From the IMG/VR virus record IMGVR_UViG_3300025127_000022, positions 12,276 to 76,275 of that record: a stretch of 64,000 bases of DNA; one strand, written 5' to 3'. The translations under genes were made by a program, and so were the position numbers. The notes beneath the pieces are model-generated. The model saw only the letters and a list, made by a program, of their open reading frames with translations. It was not told the origin of the DNA and searched no databases. The stretch comes from a virus. Position 1 is the first letter of the stretch, and the number at the start of each line of letters is the position of its first letter. Shown piece after piece: positions 25,538-34,541 of the stretch.

Positions 25538-28207
25538 ATGGAAAAATACAATCCTAAAATACAAAAAGAGTTAGTACAAATTTACCTAGAAAAATTCTGG
25601 CCTAAGTGGCGTAGAGAAATTTTTGGTGAATTATATCGTACTTTCCATCCTAGTACTTATGAAGAGAGTTTTTCGAAGCCTACAGACAACTTTATCGACA
25701 TGTTAGATATTCTAGAAGATAAGGCGGTACGAGAAGGTGTAAAATTAGGTTTAATTAATCCAGATACTTTTAATAGTTTTCCTAGATTAGATGGTGAATT
25801 AATTATAGATGAAGGGGCTAATTTAGATTGGGTACATGGTATGTTACTTTATTCAGTAGTATATGATTTGGTGATGGACTTCAGATGTTACGAAGGTGCA
25901 AATGGTATTGACCCTAATTGTGAAGGAAAATATATGAATGATTTTTACTGTCTTAAACAAGTCTACGAAAAGTTATACGATTATATGTTAATGTTAGAAG
26001 ATTTTAATATACCTGTCGGGGAATTAATTGGTCAAGAAAAATTAAAAAAAATTCCACTGGTGGATTTACCAGTAGAAGAAGAATGTAGTGGTCACAAACA
26101 TTCGTGGAAAAGAATAGATAGAGAAACTGAAGAATGTAGAGGAAGAGGTGGTTGTGGTCTTTTAAGAACTAACGCACTGGAACCAGGAGTTATGTGGAGA
26201 GGAACTGATGGTATTAATGATGAAGAAACTGAAGTTGTGGATACATTATATGGTGTAGATAATAACCAAGGTTTTGATGAAGATGATGTAATTCAGGATT
26301 ACCAAGACCCTAACGAATTATTACAAGAAGCTTTAAAGGATGATACTGAGGTACAATACCTTTTAGATAATATAGACCTCGTTAAAGTAATGAAGGGACC
26401 AGACTCAATTCTTATCTCTGATTATGTGGAAGGACTACGCGAGTGGGGAAGATATAATACGATTATGACAGATTTATCTCCATTTCTAACTGACCCAGAG
26501 ACTGTACTTAAAGGAGAATTATCTTCAGAGATAATGCAGTGGGCAACCGAAAACGAATCTTGGCCCCCAAACTATGAAGAATTCTTCAACCAACAGGAAG
26601 ACCCTTTACCTTACTTATGGGCTATGAGACAAAAGATTAGAGACGCTATGACCAGATTAACCATGAGGTCTATGGAACAAACTGGCGAACCTATGGATAT
26701 GGATAATGTAAATAAAATATTCAAAGAGTTAGCTAGAAGAATTTATGTTTTCGTATTACGTGGACCTCATCTTAAAAGAGCACAGGATAGAAAAAGAAGA
26801 TTAGATGAAGCTGATGAACTTAATCCACCAGTACAAATAGGTGACGTAATAGAGTTACTACACTTAGAAGACCCATACAGTCCTATTCCACTTTTAACTA
26901 AAGGGATTGTTGTTGGATTCGATAAAGACCCGTGGGAAAATAGATTATTAGTTAGATGGATTATAGACCCTGATGGTCCAGAGTTTAAGAATATGCCTTT
27001 ATATCCATCCATAGACGCTTATAGACTCGTTAGAAGTGAAGAACTACTAGAAGAATCAATAATATTAAATGAACAATCCACACAAACAATTGATTACACC
27101 AGTATAAGTGAACCTAAATTCTATGGTGGTAAAGGGTTTGTATTTTTAAAAACTAATGATAAAATACGTCCTGGAGTTGAACAACTTGTCCTAGTGGGTC
27201 CCACATCCAACCACCCAACCATATCTATAGATTCTTTTGAAGCACGTCCAGGAAAATATGGAGGACTACAAGTAAATTACAATGTGGATACAAGAGGAGA
27301 TTTTGATTTACTATTTAAAAAATTAGAAAGAACACAACCTAAAGAAAAAACTTGTAACTTTAATTGGGTCACTAACCCCAAATATTGGACAAGAAGTTCT
27401 TGGAGAAAAAAGTTAGCTAAAGTAATTCAAGATAGTCTTAATGAAATGTATGCTCAATATAAGGCTCCAGATGGATTACCAACACCTAATCATATTAAAA
27501 ATGGTTTTATTAATGTCCCTGGTACTGAAGCTCATGGAACTAATCATGGATGGTCTATTTTAAACTTTTTTCAAACTAACCCGTTAGTTAGACAAATTTT
27601 AATTAAAGAGTATGAAAAATTTGTTAATAACCAAGACGGAAATGATATAAAATATGCGGTAGGTTGTAAATTTAATATAGATGAGTTTATAAACTGGATT
27701 GGTACTAACAAACAATCTCTTTTCGGTATGAATAGTTCCACGTTCAAAGAAATGGTGAGAAGAAATCAGTCTTCTTGGAAGAAGGGGAACGAAAACGAAC
27801 AGAAAGCCGCTCAAGAACTAATGAAATTATATGATGGGTGGGATGTTATATATGGTGGTGAACCAGGTATTTTTAGAGATGCTTTAGAAGGTTCTGATAT
27901 TAGAATTACTAATAAAGAAACGGGTGAAAGTATGGAAATACAAGTTAAACCCTTACAAAAATCCAGTGATGTTTATCAACAAGATGGTAAATGGTGGGTT
28001 AAGTCTGGATGGTTAAAACAATACCCACTTAGTGTAACACACTATTTATTCGGACCTTCAAAAGATTCTGATGAAAAGGTAGTTATTTTTAAAAATGAAG
28101 GACAGGGACCCACACACACTAAAGAAGGTGAATTTATGATATTTAACTCACCACCATTAAATAAAGGTGTTGTTAATGAATCAGTTTATAGTTCTTTTTG
28201 GAGTTAA
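25538..28207 (+). CDS. large modular late protein
   Basis: TATTTATT at 25525-25532; modules separated by LQE/LDE/LNE; C-terminal PD-(D/E)xK-like segment (SDIRI...EIQVK). Confidence 0.7.
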   Translation: MEKYNPKIQKELVQIYLEKFWPKWRREIFGELYRTFHPSTYEESFSKPTDNFIDMLDILEDKAVREGVKLGLINPDTFNSFPRLDGELIIDEGANLDWVHGMLLYSVVYDLVMDFRCYEGANGIDPNCEGKYMNDFYCLKQVYEKLYDYMLMLEDFNIPVGELIGQEKLKKIPLVDLPVEEECSGHKHSWKRIDRETEECRGRGGCGLLRTNALEPGVMWRGTDGINDEETEVVDTLYGVDNNQGFDEDDVIQDYQDPNELLQEALKDDTEVQYLLDNIDLVKVMKGPDSILISDYVEGLREWGRYNTIMTDLSPFLTDPETVLKGELSSEIMQWATENESWPPNYEEFFNQQEDPLPYLWAMRQKIRDAMTRLTMRSMEQTGEPMDMDNVNKIFKELARRIYVFVLRGPHLKRAQDRKRRLDEADELNPPVQIGDVIELLHLEDPYSPIPLLTKGIVVGFDKDPWENRLLVRWIIDPDGPEFKNMPLYPSIDAYRLVRSEELLEESIILNEQSTQTIDYTSISEPKFYGGKGFVFLKTNDKIRPGVEQLVLVGPTSNHPTISIDSFEARPGKYGGLQVNYNVDTRGDFDLLFKKLERTQPKEKTCNFNWVTNPKYWTRSSWRKKLAKVIQDSLNEMYAQYKAPDGLPTPNHIKNGFINVPGTEAHGTNHGWSILNFFQTNPLVRQILIKEYEKFVNNQDGNDIKYAVGCKFNIDEFINWIGTNKQSLFGMNSSTFKEMVRRNQSSWKKGNENEQKAAQELMKLYDGWDVIYGGEPGIFRDALEGSDIRITNKETGESMEIQVKPLQKSSDVYQQDGKWWVKSGWLKQYPLSVTHYLFGPSKDSDEKVVIFKNEGQGPTHTKEGEFMIFNSPPLNKGVVNESVYSSFWS

Positions 28208-29151
28208 TCATCTAGGTCTTCTAAACTTTTTTTCATGGCTTGTGCCATATAAGTATACTCTAAACTTTTAGTCACTAGACTATCTACATCCAGTGTTGTT
28301 GTAGTGTTATCTTCATATAATGTCCATTGAGGTTCTACAGTTGTTTGTGTTGTTGGTGTTGGATTTCCATCATATACGTCTGCTCTTACCCCAAAATCTA
28401 TAGGTATTACATTACAATTATCAGCACTTTTTTTTAGTTGTTGTGCTCTTTCTTTGTCCCTACCTTTAAAGTAATCTGAATTAGGTTGTTTAATGGTTAA
28501 ATAATGGTCTAAAACAATTTGTGTAATTTTAGAAGGTACATCAAGTGTAAGAGAGTCTACTTTCCTATCTTCAACATCCCACCAACTCATCTCTATACTT
28601 TTATTTTTTTCAAAATACCAATGAACACCAAATTTTTCATCTGTACCTAATTTTATGACGTATAGTAATACCCCGTCATTTGAATAATTGTAAAAGGCTT
28701 TGTCATCTTCTCTACTACTCGTACACCACTTAGTTCCCGCACCATAAATTTTAGAAGACTCATAACTTAATGGTTTTATTATTAACCATTCTTTGTCTTT
28801 ATATAAAATAGAGATTTCTTTTTTTAAATCTTTTTTCTTTAGTTTTAATTCAGCATAAACTAATTGTTCATGTAAATCTCTAAAATCTTTAATTAGTGAT
28901 ATATCCTTAATATTAGTTCTATTATTATTTAAGTGTTCATTAAAATCTCTTAATGCACGTAAATTTTCTATACCAATCAAATGAGTTATTTCAGATGTGA
29001 CATATTTTTTAAACTCAGAAGATTCTTCTTTAAATCGTTTAAGTAATAATGTTAGAAACTTATTAGTTTTTGAAGGGTCTAGTTCTGCTAGGATATCAAT
29101 AATATTAATAACCAAGCCCTTATGTTGGTTTTTTAAATCTTTTTTTCCCAT
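28204..29151 (-). CDS. phage protein with YGxGTKWC motif
   Basis: WLIIKPLSYESSKIYGAGTKWCT; minus-strand TATTTATA at 29203-29210. Confidence 0.7.
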   Translation of the reverse strand: MGKKDLKNQHKGLVINIIDILAELDPSKTNKFLTLLLKRFKEESSEFKKYVTSEITHLIGIENLRALRDFNEHLNNNRTNIKDISLIKDFRDLHEQLVYAELKLKKKDLKKEISILYKDKEWLIIKPLSYESSKIYGAGTKWCTSSREDDKAFYNYSNDGVLLYVIKLGTDEKFGVHWYFEKNKSIEMSWWDVEDRKVDSLTLDVPSKITQIVLDHYLTIKQPNSDYFKGRDKERAQQLKKSADNCNVIPIDFGVRADVYDGNPTPTTQTTVEPQWTLYEDNTTTTLDVDSLVTKSLEYTYMAQAMKKSLEDLDD

Positions 29152-29234
29152 AACATAATTGTATTAATTTTTTTTAGTAAAGGAAATGTCTTTTGCTTAC
29201 ATTATAAATACTTATTCTCAAAAATAATATCATT

Positions 29235-29381
29235 ATGGAATTGTACGACATTATAGAATTACTAAATGAAGCCATTCAAGACGAGGATTGGGATTTAGTA
29301 GAAACATGTAAGAACAAGTTAGAGGAGGCTTATGATTTAAACGACGGTAGTCTAGACAATTATTTTGAAATAGAGGACTAG
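29235..29381 (+). CDS. 48-aa highly acidic protein (not in ORF track)
   Basis: MELYDIIELLNEAIQDEDWDLVETCKNKLEEAYDLNDGSLDNYFEIED; CTAG overlap with the convergent gene. Confidence 0.55.
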   Translation: MELYDIIELLNEAIQDEDWDLVETCKNKLEEAYDLNDGSLDNYFEIED

Positions 29382-30289
29382 TTAATTCTTTCCATCCACA
29401 CACTTATAGAACCCGAGGTTCCAAAAATACCATTCATTGTAAGGTTATTTAATTCTCCTTCATCGATGAAAGACAACCCTACTTGCCCTGAATAGTTACC
29501 ACCAAAAGTCACACATTCGTATAATGTAAGATTATAAAGATTATTACCAGTATTGTTAGAGAAAGAGTAAGTATTAGGATTGGAACCGTTTATATCATAG
29601 GAAACACCACTTACAAAGTTAATAGTATCATTAGGATAAACTGGTGTCATACCATCATCATATCTAGTGATAACCCAAGAAGTACCATTTAATTGTAAAT
29701 GTCCAGGAACTGTACCAGTCACTAAATCTACGGTTCCACCGTATTCATAGTCAAATTGACTGTCGTAAGTACAAGAGGGACAACTATAGCCACTTCTTAC
29801 AAAAGTTAAAACACTGTAGTAGTGGTAATTATCACCATGATTAGATTCATTAGATTCGTATACTTTAACATTTAAAACATCATCAGTGAAATTTAAAATT
29901 CCTAAACTTCTCGCAGACCCATAGGGAGGTATACCTAAAAGTCTATACTGTGTCCTACTTCCACTACCATGAGTACTATACTCATAAGTGTTACCATTAT
30001 CTAAAGTAAAAATTCCATCCTCAAAATACCAAGTAGTAACATTTTGTTCTATGTTGTCTACATCCACTAAAGAACCTCCGAATATATCTAAATTAGATAC
30101 TGTCTGATTACCATCAAAATGGTCATAATAAATCAAATCTCCTGTAGTTAAATTTTCAGTATAAACTTTTGCATTAACTAAAACCCACTCAGTACCTTCA
30201 ATGGTCGGTATGTCTACCTCAAATTCATATTTTTCACAACTCGTGAAAACTAAACTCAATAAAGTAAGATATAAAAAAATTCTGTTCAT
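29378..30289 (-). CDS. lipoprotein with two lipocalin-like repeats
   Basis: LVFTS-C lipobox; IEGTEW and LNGTSW motifs; promoter TTTG-N20-TATCTTTG at 30331-30362. Confidence 0.7.
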   Translation of the reverse strand: MNRIFLYLTLLSLVFTSCEKYEFEVDIPTIEGTEWVLVNAKVYTENLTTGDLIYYDHFDGNQTVSNLDIFGGSLVDVDNIEQNVTTWYFEDGIFTLDNGNTYEYSTHGSGSRTQYRLLGIPPYGSARSLGILNFTDDVLNVKVYESNESNHGDNYHYYSVLTFVRSGYSCPSCTYDSQFDYEYGGTVDLVTGTVPGHLQLNGTSWVITRYDDGMTPVYPNDTINFVSGVSYDINGSNPNTYSFSNNTGNNLYNLTLYECVTFGGNYSGQVGLSFIDEGELNNLTMNGIFGTSGSISVWMERIN

Positions 30290-30385
30290 AGATAAATGTT
30301 TTAAATGTGTGTATTTTGTCTTTAATAGTACAAAGATAAATAATTATTCTTTAATAACCAAATATTTATAGGAAAAAAGTATAAA

Positions 30386-30709
30386 ATGGGAAACGCATTT
30401 AAATTAAGTCTTCATCTTGAACATATTGTAAAAGATATAGTTAACAAGAAAAAAGTGCACTACACTGAAGAAGGTTTAAGAGAAAACATATTTACCTTTC
30501 TTGATACTATTTATGATAATAGGAAGAAGTTTAAATTGACCGAAGCAACAAAATTAATTAAGGGAGGTTTTAGGGACCAATTAATTGAAGAAGCTGTATG
30601 TGAAATGTCAGATGATGAAGATTATCTTACTTCTACTATTAATAAAAAAATTAATAACCTTTCAAAACACTACATAAGAGAGTGGATAAATAAAAAAATA
30701 AGCAAATGA
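30386..30709 (+). CDS. late hypothetical protein
   Basis: TATTTATA at 30363-30370. Confidence 0.65.
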   Translation: MGNAFKLSLHLEHIVKDIVNKKKVHYTEEGLRENIFTFLDTIYDNRKKFKLTEATKLIKGGFRDQLIEEAVCEMSDDEDYLTSTINKKINNLSKHYIREWINKKISK

Positions 30710-31026
30710 AAAAAGTAATAAGACTTACTGAATCTGAATTAGTTAGAATTATAGAGAATTTAACCTTAGGTCATGAATTAGAAGAAAAAAAAGAAACCTC
30801 TAAAACAAAAAGTGAACCATTACCTAAAAGTGCTAATCCCGTAGCTAAAGATATTTTTAAAAAAATTGAAGGACATTTAAATGCAACTAAAGGAGCTTTC
30901 AGCTTAAAAGATAAAAATGTAACTGAAAATTTTGAAGACGATAAGTTGTATAAGAAATGGAATTGGAAAACCAATAATGGTAAAGTTAATGTAACTGTTA
31001 CTGTTGATGTTAAAATGAATGATTAA
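30706..31026 (+). CDS. class-A leader protein
   Basis: MKKVIRLTESELVRIIE. Confidence 0.7.
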   Translation: MKKVIRLTESELVRIIENLTLGHELEEKKETSKTKSEPLPKSANPVAKDIFKKIEGHLNATKGAFSLKDKNVTENFEDDKLYKKWNWKTNNGKVNVTVTVDVKMND

Positions 31027-31028
31027 TA

Positions 31029-32120
31029 ATGAATAAGGTAACAGTAAATGAAACTGAATTAATTACAATCATTAAAACAATGATTAGTGAACAAGAAGGT
31101 ACTGCTGGAGGTGGTGTTGAAGCTGGAACTTCAGATGCTGGTGGTACTGGTGCAAAAACGTGGGAAACTGGTTTAACCAGAGGTTCAGCTAATCCTGCTG
31201 GTGGTGGTGTAAGTCACTGGGCAGACTCTTATTCTATTAGTAGAGGTAAAGCAAATCCTTTATGGGAAGATAGTGATGAAGAAGGTATGTTTGATATGGA
31301 GGTAGAAGATGATGGGTTTACTACAGCAGATAGAGATATTAGGTCTTATTATAACAAACCTTCATTTGATGAGATGAAAAGAAAACATTCATTAGATTAT
31401 GATACAGAGTTTGATGTGGACTTACTAAATGAAAGTAAGTGGTACAATACTTTTTTAGATTTTGTGGGGATTGTAGACCCAACAGGTATCGCTGATGGTA
31501 TTAACGCCATGTCTTACTTTAGACAAGGTGATATTCTATATGGAATGTTAAGTTTGATATCTCTAGTACCATATGTTGGAGACGCTATAGCTAAACCATT
31601 TATTGGTTTAATGAAAGCAGGAAAAATAAATGCTAAAGCTATTAACGCTGGACTTAAAAGTGGTAATGCTGCTAAAGTAGCTTCGGAGATGGGTAAAACA
31701 AAGGCTGGTAAAGCTGTTCTTGAAAGTATGAAAAATCCATCAACACAAGGATTCTTAGGTAAGATAATATCTAAAATAGGGAAATTACCAGGATTTAGGG
31801 CTTTCTCTAAAGACGCAAAGACATATGTTAGAGTATTCACTCAAGCAGCAAAACAAACAGGAAAAGTTAAAATATTCCGTAAGAGTGGTGGATTACTAAC
31901 TAGAATGCAAAGAAAAGGATTATTAAACAGAACAAAATTATATTCTAAATTTATAAACTACCTTACAGGAACTGGTGTAGGAGCAGCAGCAATAGAAGGT
32001 ATGGATGAAGGAACATTAAATGGCAAATTTGAGGAATTTTTAAAGTCAGACGAGGGAACCAGTTTCTTTAACGACTTAAATAAACAAGACCAAGGAGATT
32101 TTGTGGATGCCTTAAAGTAA
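31029..32120 (+). CDS. class-A leader protein with pre-toxin TG-like segment
   Basis: LDFVGIVDPTGIADGINA...GD...GMLSLISLVPYVGD. Confidence 0.65.
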   Translation: MNKVTVNETELITIIKTMISEQEGTAGGGVEAGTSDAGGTGAKTWETGLTRGSANPAGGGVSHWADSYSISRGKANPLWEDSDEEGMFDMEVEDDGFTTADRDIRSYYNKPSFDEMKRKHSLDYDTEFDVDLLNESKWYNTFLDFVGIVDPTGIADGINAMSYFRQGDILYGMLSLISLVPYVGDAIAKPFIGLMKAGKINAKAINAGLKSGNAAKVASEMGKTKAGKAVLESMKNPSTQGFLGKIISKIGKLPGFRAFSKDAKTYVRVFTQAAKQTGKVKIFRKSGGLLTRMQRKGLLNRTKLYSKFINYLTGTGVGAAAIEGMDEGTLNGKFEEFLKSDEGTSFFNDLNKQDQGDFVDALK

Positions 32121-32170
32121 TAAACAATAAATTTTAATAGATAACTAAATATTTATAAAAAAAAACAAAA

Positions 32171-34528
32171 ATGGAAAAACCTAAAATGTCATTGACCGAA
32201 GAACTAAGAAAAATAGACCATTTAAATGGCTATGATAAAGAATTTACCTTAGAAGAGTCAAAAAAATACAGTGAAGAAACTAAAAATCGTACTTACGATT
32301 TAAACATATTAACAGAAGAAGAAGCTAAAATCAAATATAAAGATTTTTTAAATGAGGGAAAAAAACCTGAACTACTTCTAGAATTTTTACCTGCTATTGC
32401 TAGTGGTATCGTTAGACTTTTACCTTTTGCTGGAAGAGCTCTTGCAAGTGTAGGTAGGTTCGGAGCTAGAGGGGGTAAACTATTTAAAAAGTTTCCTAAA
32501 ATGGGAAAAGCTTTAGGTTTTGGTAAAATTTCAACAAAAGGATTAAACCTTGGTAAGGCAACTCCATTAGCTGCTAGAGGTTTTACAGGTGCGGGTGGTA
32601 AAATGGGTGGTAAAGTAGTACCAGGTTTACTTAATGCACAAGCTACTAGAGGATTAGGTTCTTTACTTACATGGGGAACTGGAGCGTGGTTGGTTAACTC
32701 TTTTGCAAGTGGTAGTAGTACCCCTTTACCAGGAGACGCGGTAGCGGGTCAAGAAGATTGGGCAAATGGTGAACAACCATCAAAAGAAGATTGGATGTCT
32801 ATGTGTTTTGCACCCGAGTACTATGAAAGTTTAGTACAAATGGATAATGATGATAGTAATGTAACCGTAACTTTTCAGTCAGAAGCAGATATTGTACAAA
32901 TCGCAACAGCTATTAATGACGCTACTGAAGGTGGTGAAAAATATTTTGGTAAAGGTATTGTTGATTTTTTAACTTTTGATGTAGCCGCGGGAGCAGGTAC
33001 TGACGAAGACACTATTTTTAGAGCCTTCCAACAAATTAATACTGTTGGGGACTGTTCACATCTAGCTAAAATGTATCAACTTAAATTTGATGTTCCTTTA
33101 ATAGAGGAATTATATGATGAATTAGATGAAGCTGACTTAAATCAAATTTACAATATTCTAAAAGGAAAACCATTAGCAATTATTAATGGTAAAAGAATAT
33201 TCACTAATGATGATTTAGATGAGTTATTAGAAAAAGAAGCTAAAGAGGTAATTGAAAGACCTGAAGGTTTACCAGCTTATAGATTAAAATTTAATAGTTT
33301 ATTTGGAGGAGCACTGGTAGATGTATTTGTAGGTGTGGATGACGCGGGAACTTCAGCATTAGCAGCTGTATTTAAATCTGGTAGTAAAGATTATTTGGGA
33401 CAATTCCAATATGTAGAAAACTCTGAAGAAAAATACTTTTTCCAAACACCAACAGGTGAAGTAGGTGCAGTTACTGATGAAGACGACAAAGCAAAACTTG
33501 CAAAAATATTCGGTAAAGCAGATGATGAATCAGACGCGGAAAAAGATATATTAATTTTAACTAAAGATATTGAAGTTGATGGTACAATATATGATGTAGA
33601 CGAAAATTTGGCAGACATCGAAGGACCAGAAGGTACTGCTGATGAATATATAGATGAGTTAGTTAGAGATAACCCTACTACAGCTAAAAGAAAACCTACC
33701 GCACTCCAAGGAGCTGCTATCGCATTAGCGATGGGTGTTAAAGATTTTGAGGTTTTAACAGAATCAATCACAGGATTAGCTGAAGTTTTAGGTGAAAGTA
33801 AATTAGTCGTAGAACAAAAATACACCGTTAACTTTGATAAAGATGATGACAAATACTCAATTCGAAGAGTAAGAAGAACAAGTGGAAATACTGAAGAAAA
33901 ACCAGAAACTACAAAAGATGATAGTAGTAGTAGTTCATCTTATGGTGTAGCACCAACGTTAACTGCAGTTGCAGCTGGTAATGGGATAATCAAGAAAGGT
34001 ATGAGAGGAGATTCAGTAGCAGCAATACAAAGAATGTTAAATATGAGTCCTATAACTGGTATATTTAATTCAGCTACAGAAAAAGAAGTGAGAGATTACC
34101 AATCTTCAAATAGACTTAAAGTAGATGGTATAGTTGGTCCAGAAACTGCTGGTTTAATGGTTAAAGGAATGGATTTTAAAGGAAATGAAAAACCTACACC
34201 AGAAAGAGAAGTCGCTTCTTCGGAAACCAAATCTACTGAAGAAGAAATAAAAAATACTTCTGGAAGATTTAGTAGTAAAGATGCCGCTGAACAAAGTTTA
34301 AAGAATCTAGAAAAGATAAACGATACCAAAGCTACAAAAAGTGAATGTGTAATGGTTATAGCTGCAGCATCTAAAGCACTACCAACAATAGGAGGACCTA
34401 ACACTTATAAAGTATTACAATACTGTTACGCAGCGTACAACTTTGGTTTAGGAAAAGAAACTAGACGTGTTAAAAGAGCGTATGGAATTAAAGGTGACGG
34501 TGATTTAAGAAATAAAAGAAGAAGATAA
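32171..34528 (+). CDS. putative internal virion protein: class-B leader, amphipathic peptide, annexin-like repeat, PG_binding_1 domain
   Basis: GAGTDEDTI...Y...F...LIEELYDEL; KKGMRGDSVAAIQRML...LKVDGIVGPET; paralog of 18106..19746. Confidence 0.7.
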   Translation: MEKPKMSLTEELRKIDHLNGYDKEFTLEESKKYSEETKNRTYDLNILTEEEAKIKYKDFLNEGKKPELLLEFLPAIASGIVRLLPFAGRALASVGRFGARGGKLFKKFPKMGKALGFGKISTKGLNLGKATPLAARGFTGAGGKMGGKVVPGLLNAQATRGLGSLLTWGTGAWLVNSFASGSSTPLPGDAVAGQEDWANGEQPSKEDWMSMCFAPEYYESLVQMDNDDSNVTVTFQSEADIVQIATAINDATEGGEKYFGKGIVDFLTFDVAAGAGTDEDTIFRAFQQINTVGDCSHLAKMYQLKFDVPLIEELYDELDEADLNQIYNILKGKPLAIINGKRIFTNDDLDELLEKEAKEVIERPEGLPAYRLKFNSLFGGALVDVFVGVDDAGTSALAAVFKSGSKDYLGQFQYVENSEEKYFFQTPTGEVGAVTDEDDKAKLAKIFGKADDESDAEKDILILTKDIEVDGTIYDVDENLADIEGPEGTADEYIDELVRDNPTTAKRKPTALQGAAIALAMGVKDFEVLTESITGLAEVLGESKLVVEQKYTVNFDKDDDKYSIRRVRRTSGNTEEKPETTKDDSSSSSSYGVAPTLTAVAAGNGIIKKGMRGDSVAAIQRMLNMSPITGIFNSATEKEVRDYQSSNRLKVDGIVGPETAGLMVKGMDFKGNEKPTPEREVASSETKSTEEEIKNTSGRFSSKDAAEQSLKNLEKINDTKATKSECVMVIAAASKALPTIGGPNTYKVLQYCYAAYNFGLGKETRRVKRAYGIKGDGDLRNKRRR

Positions 34529-34541
34529 AATATAATAGATA

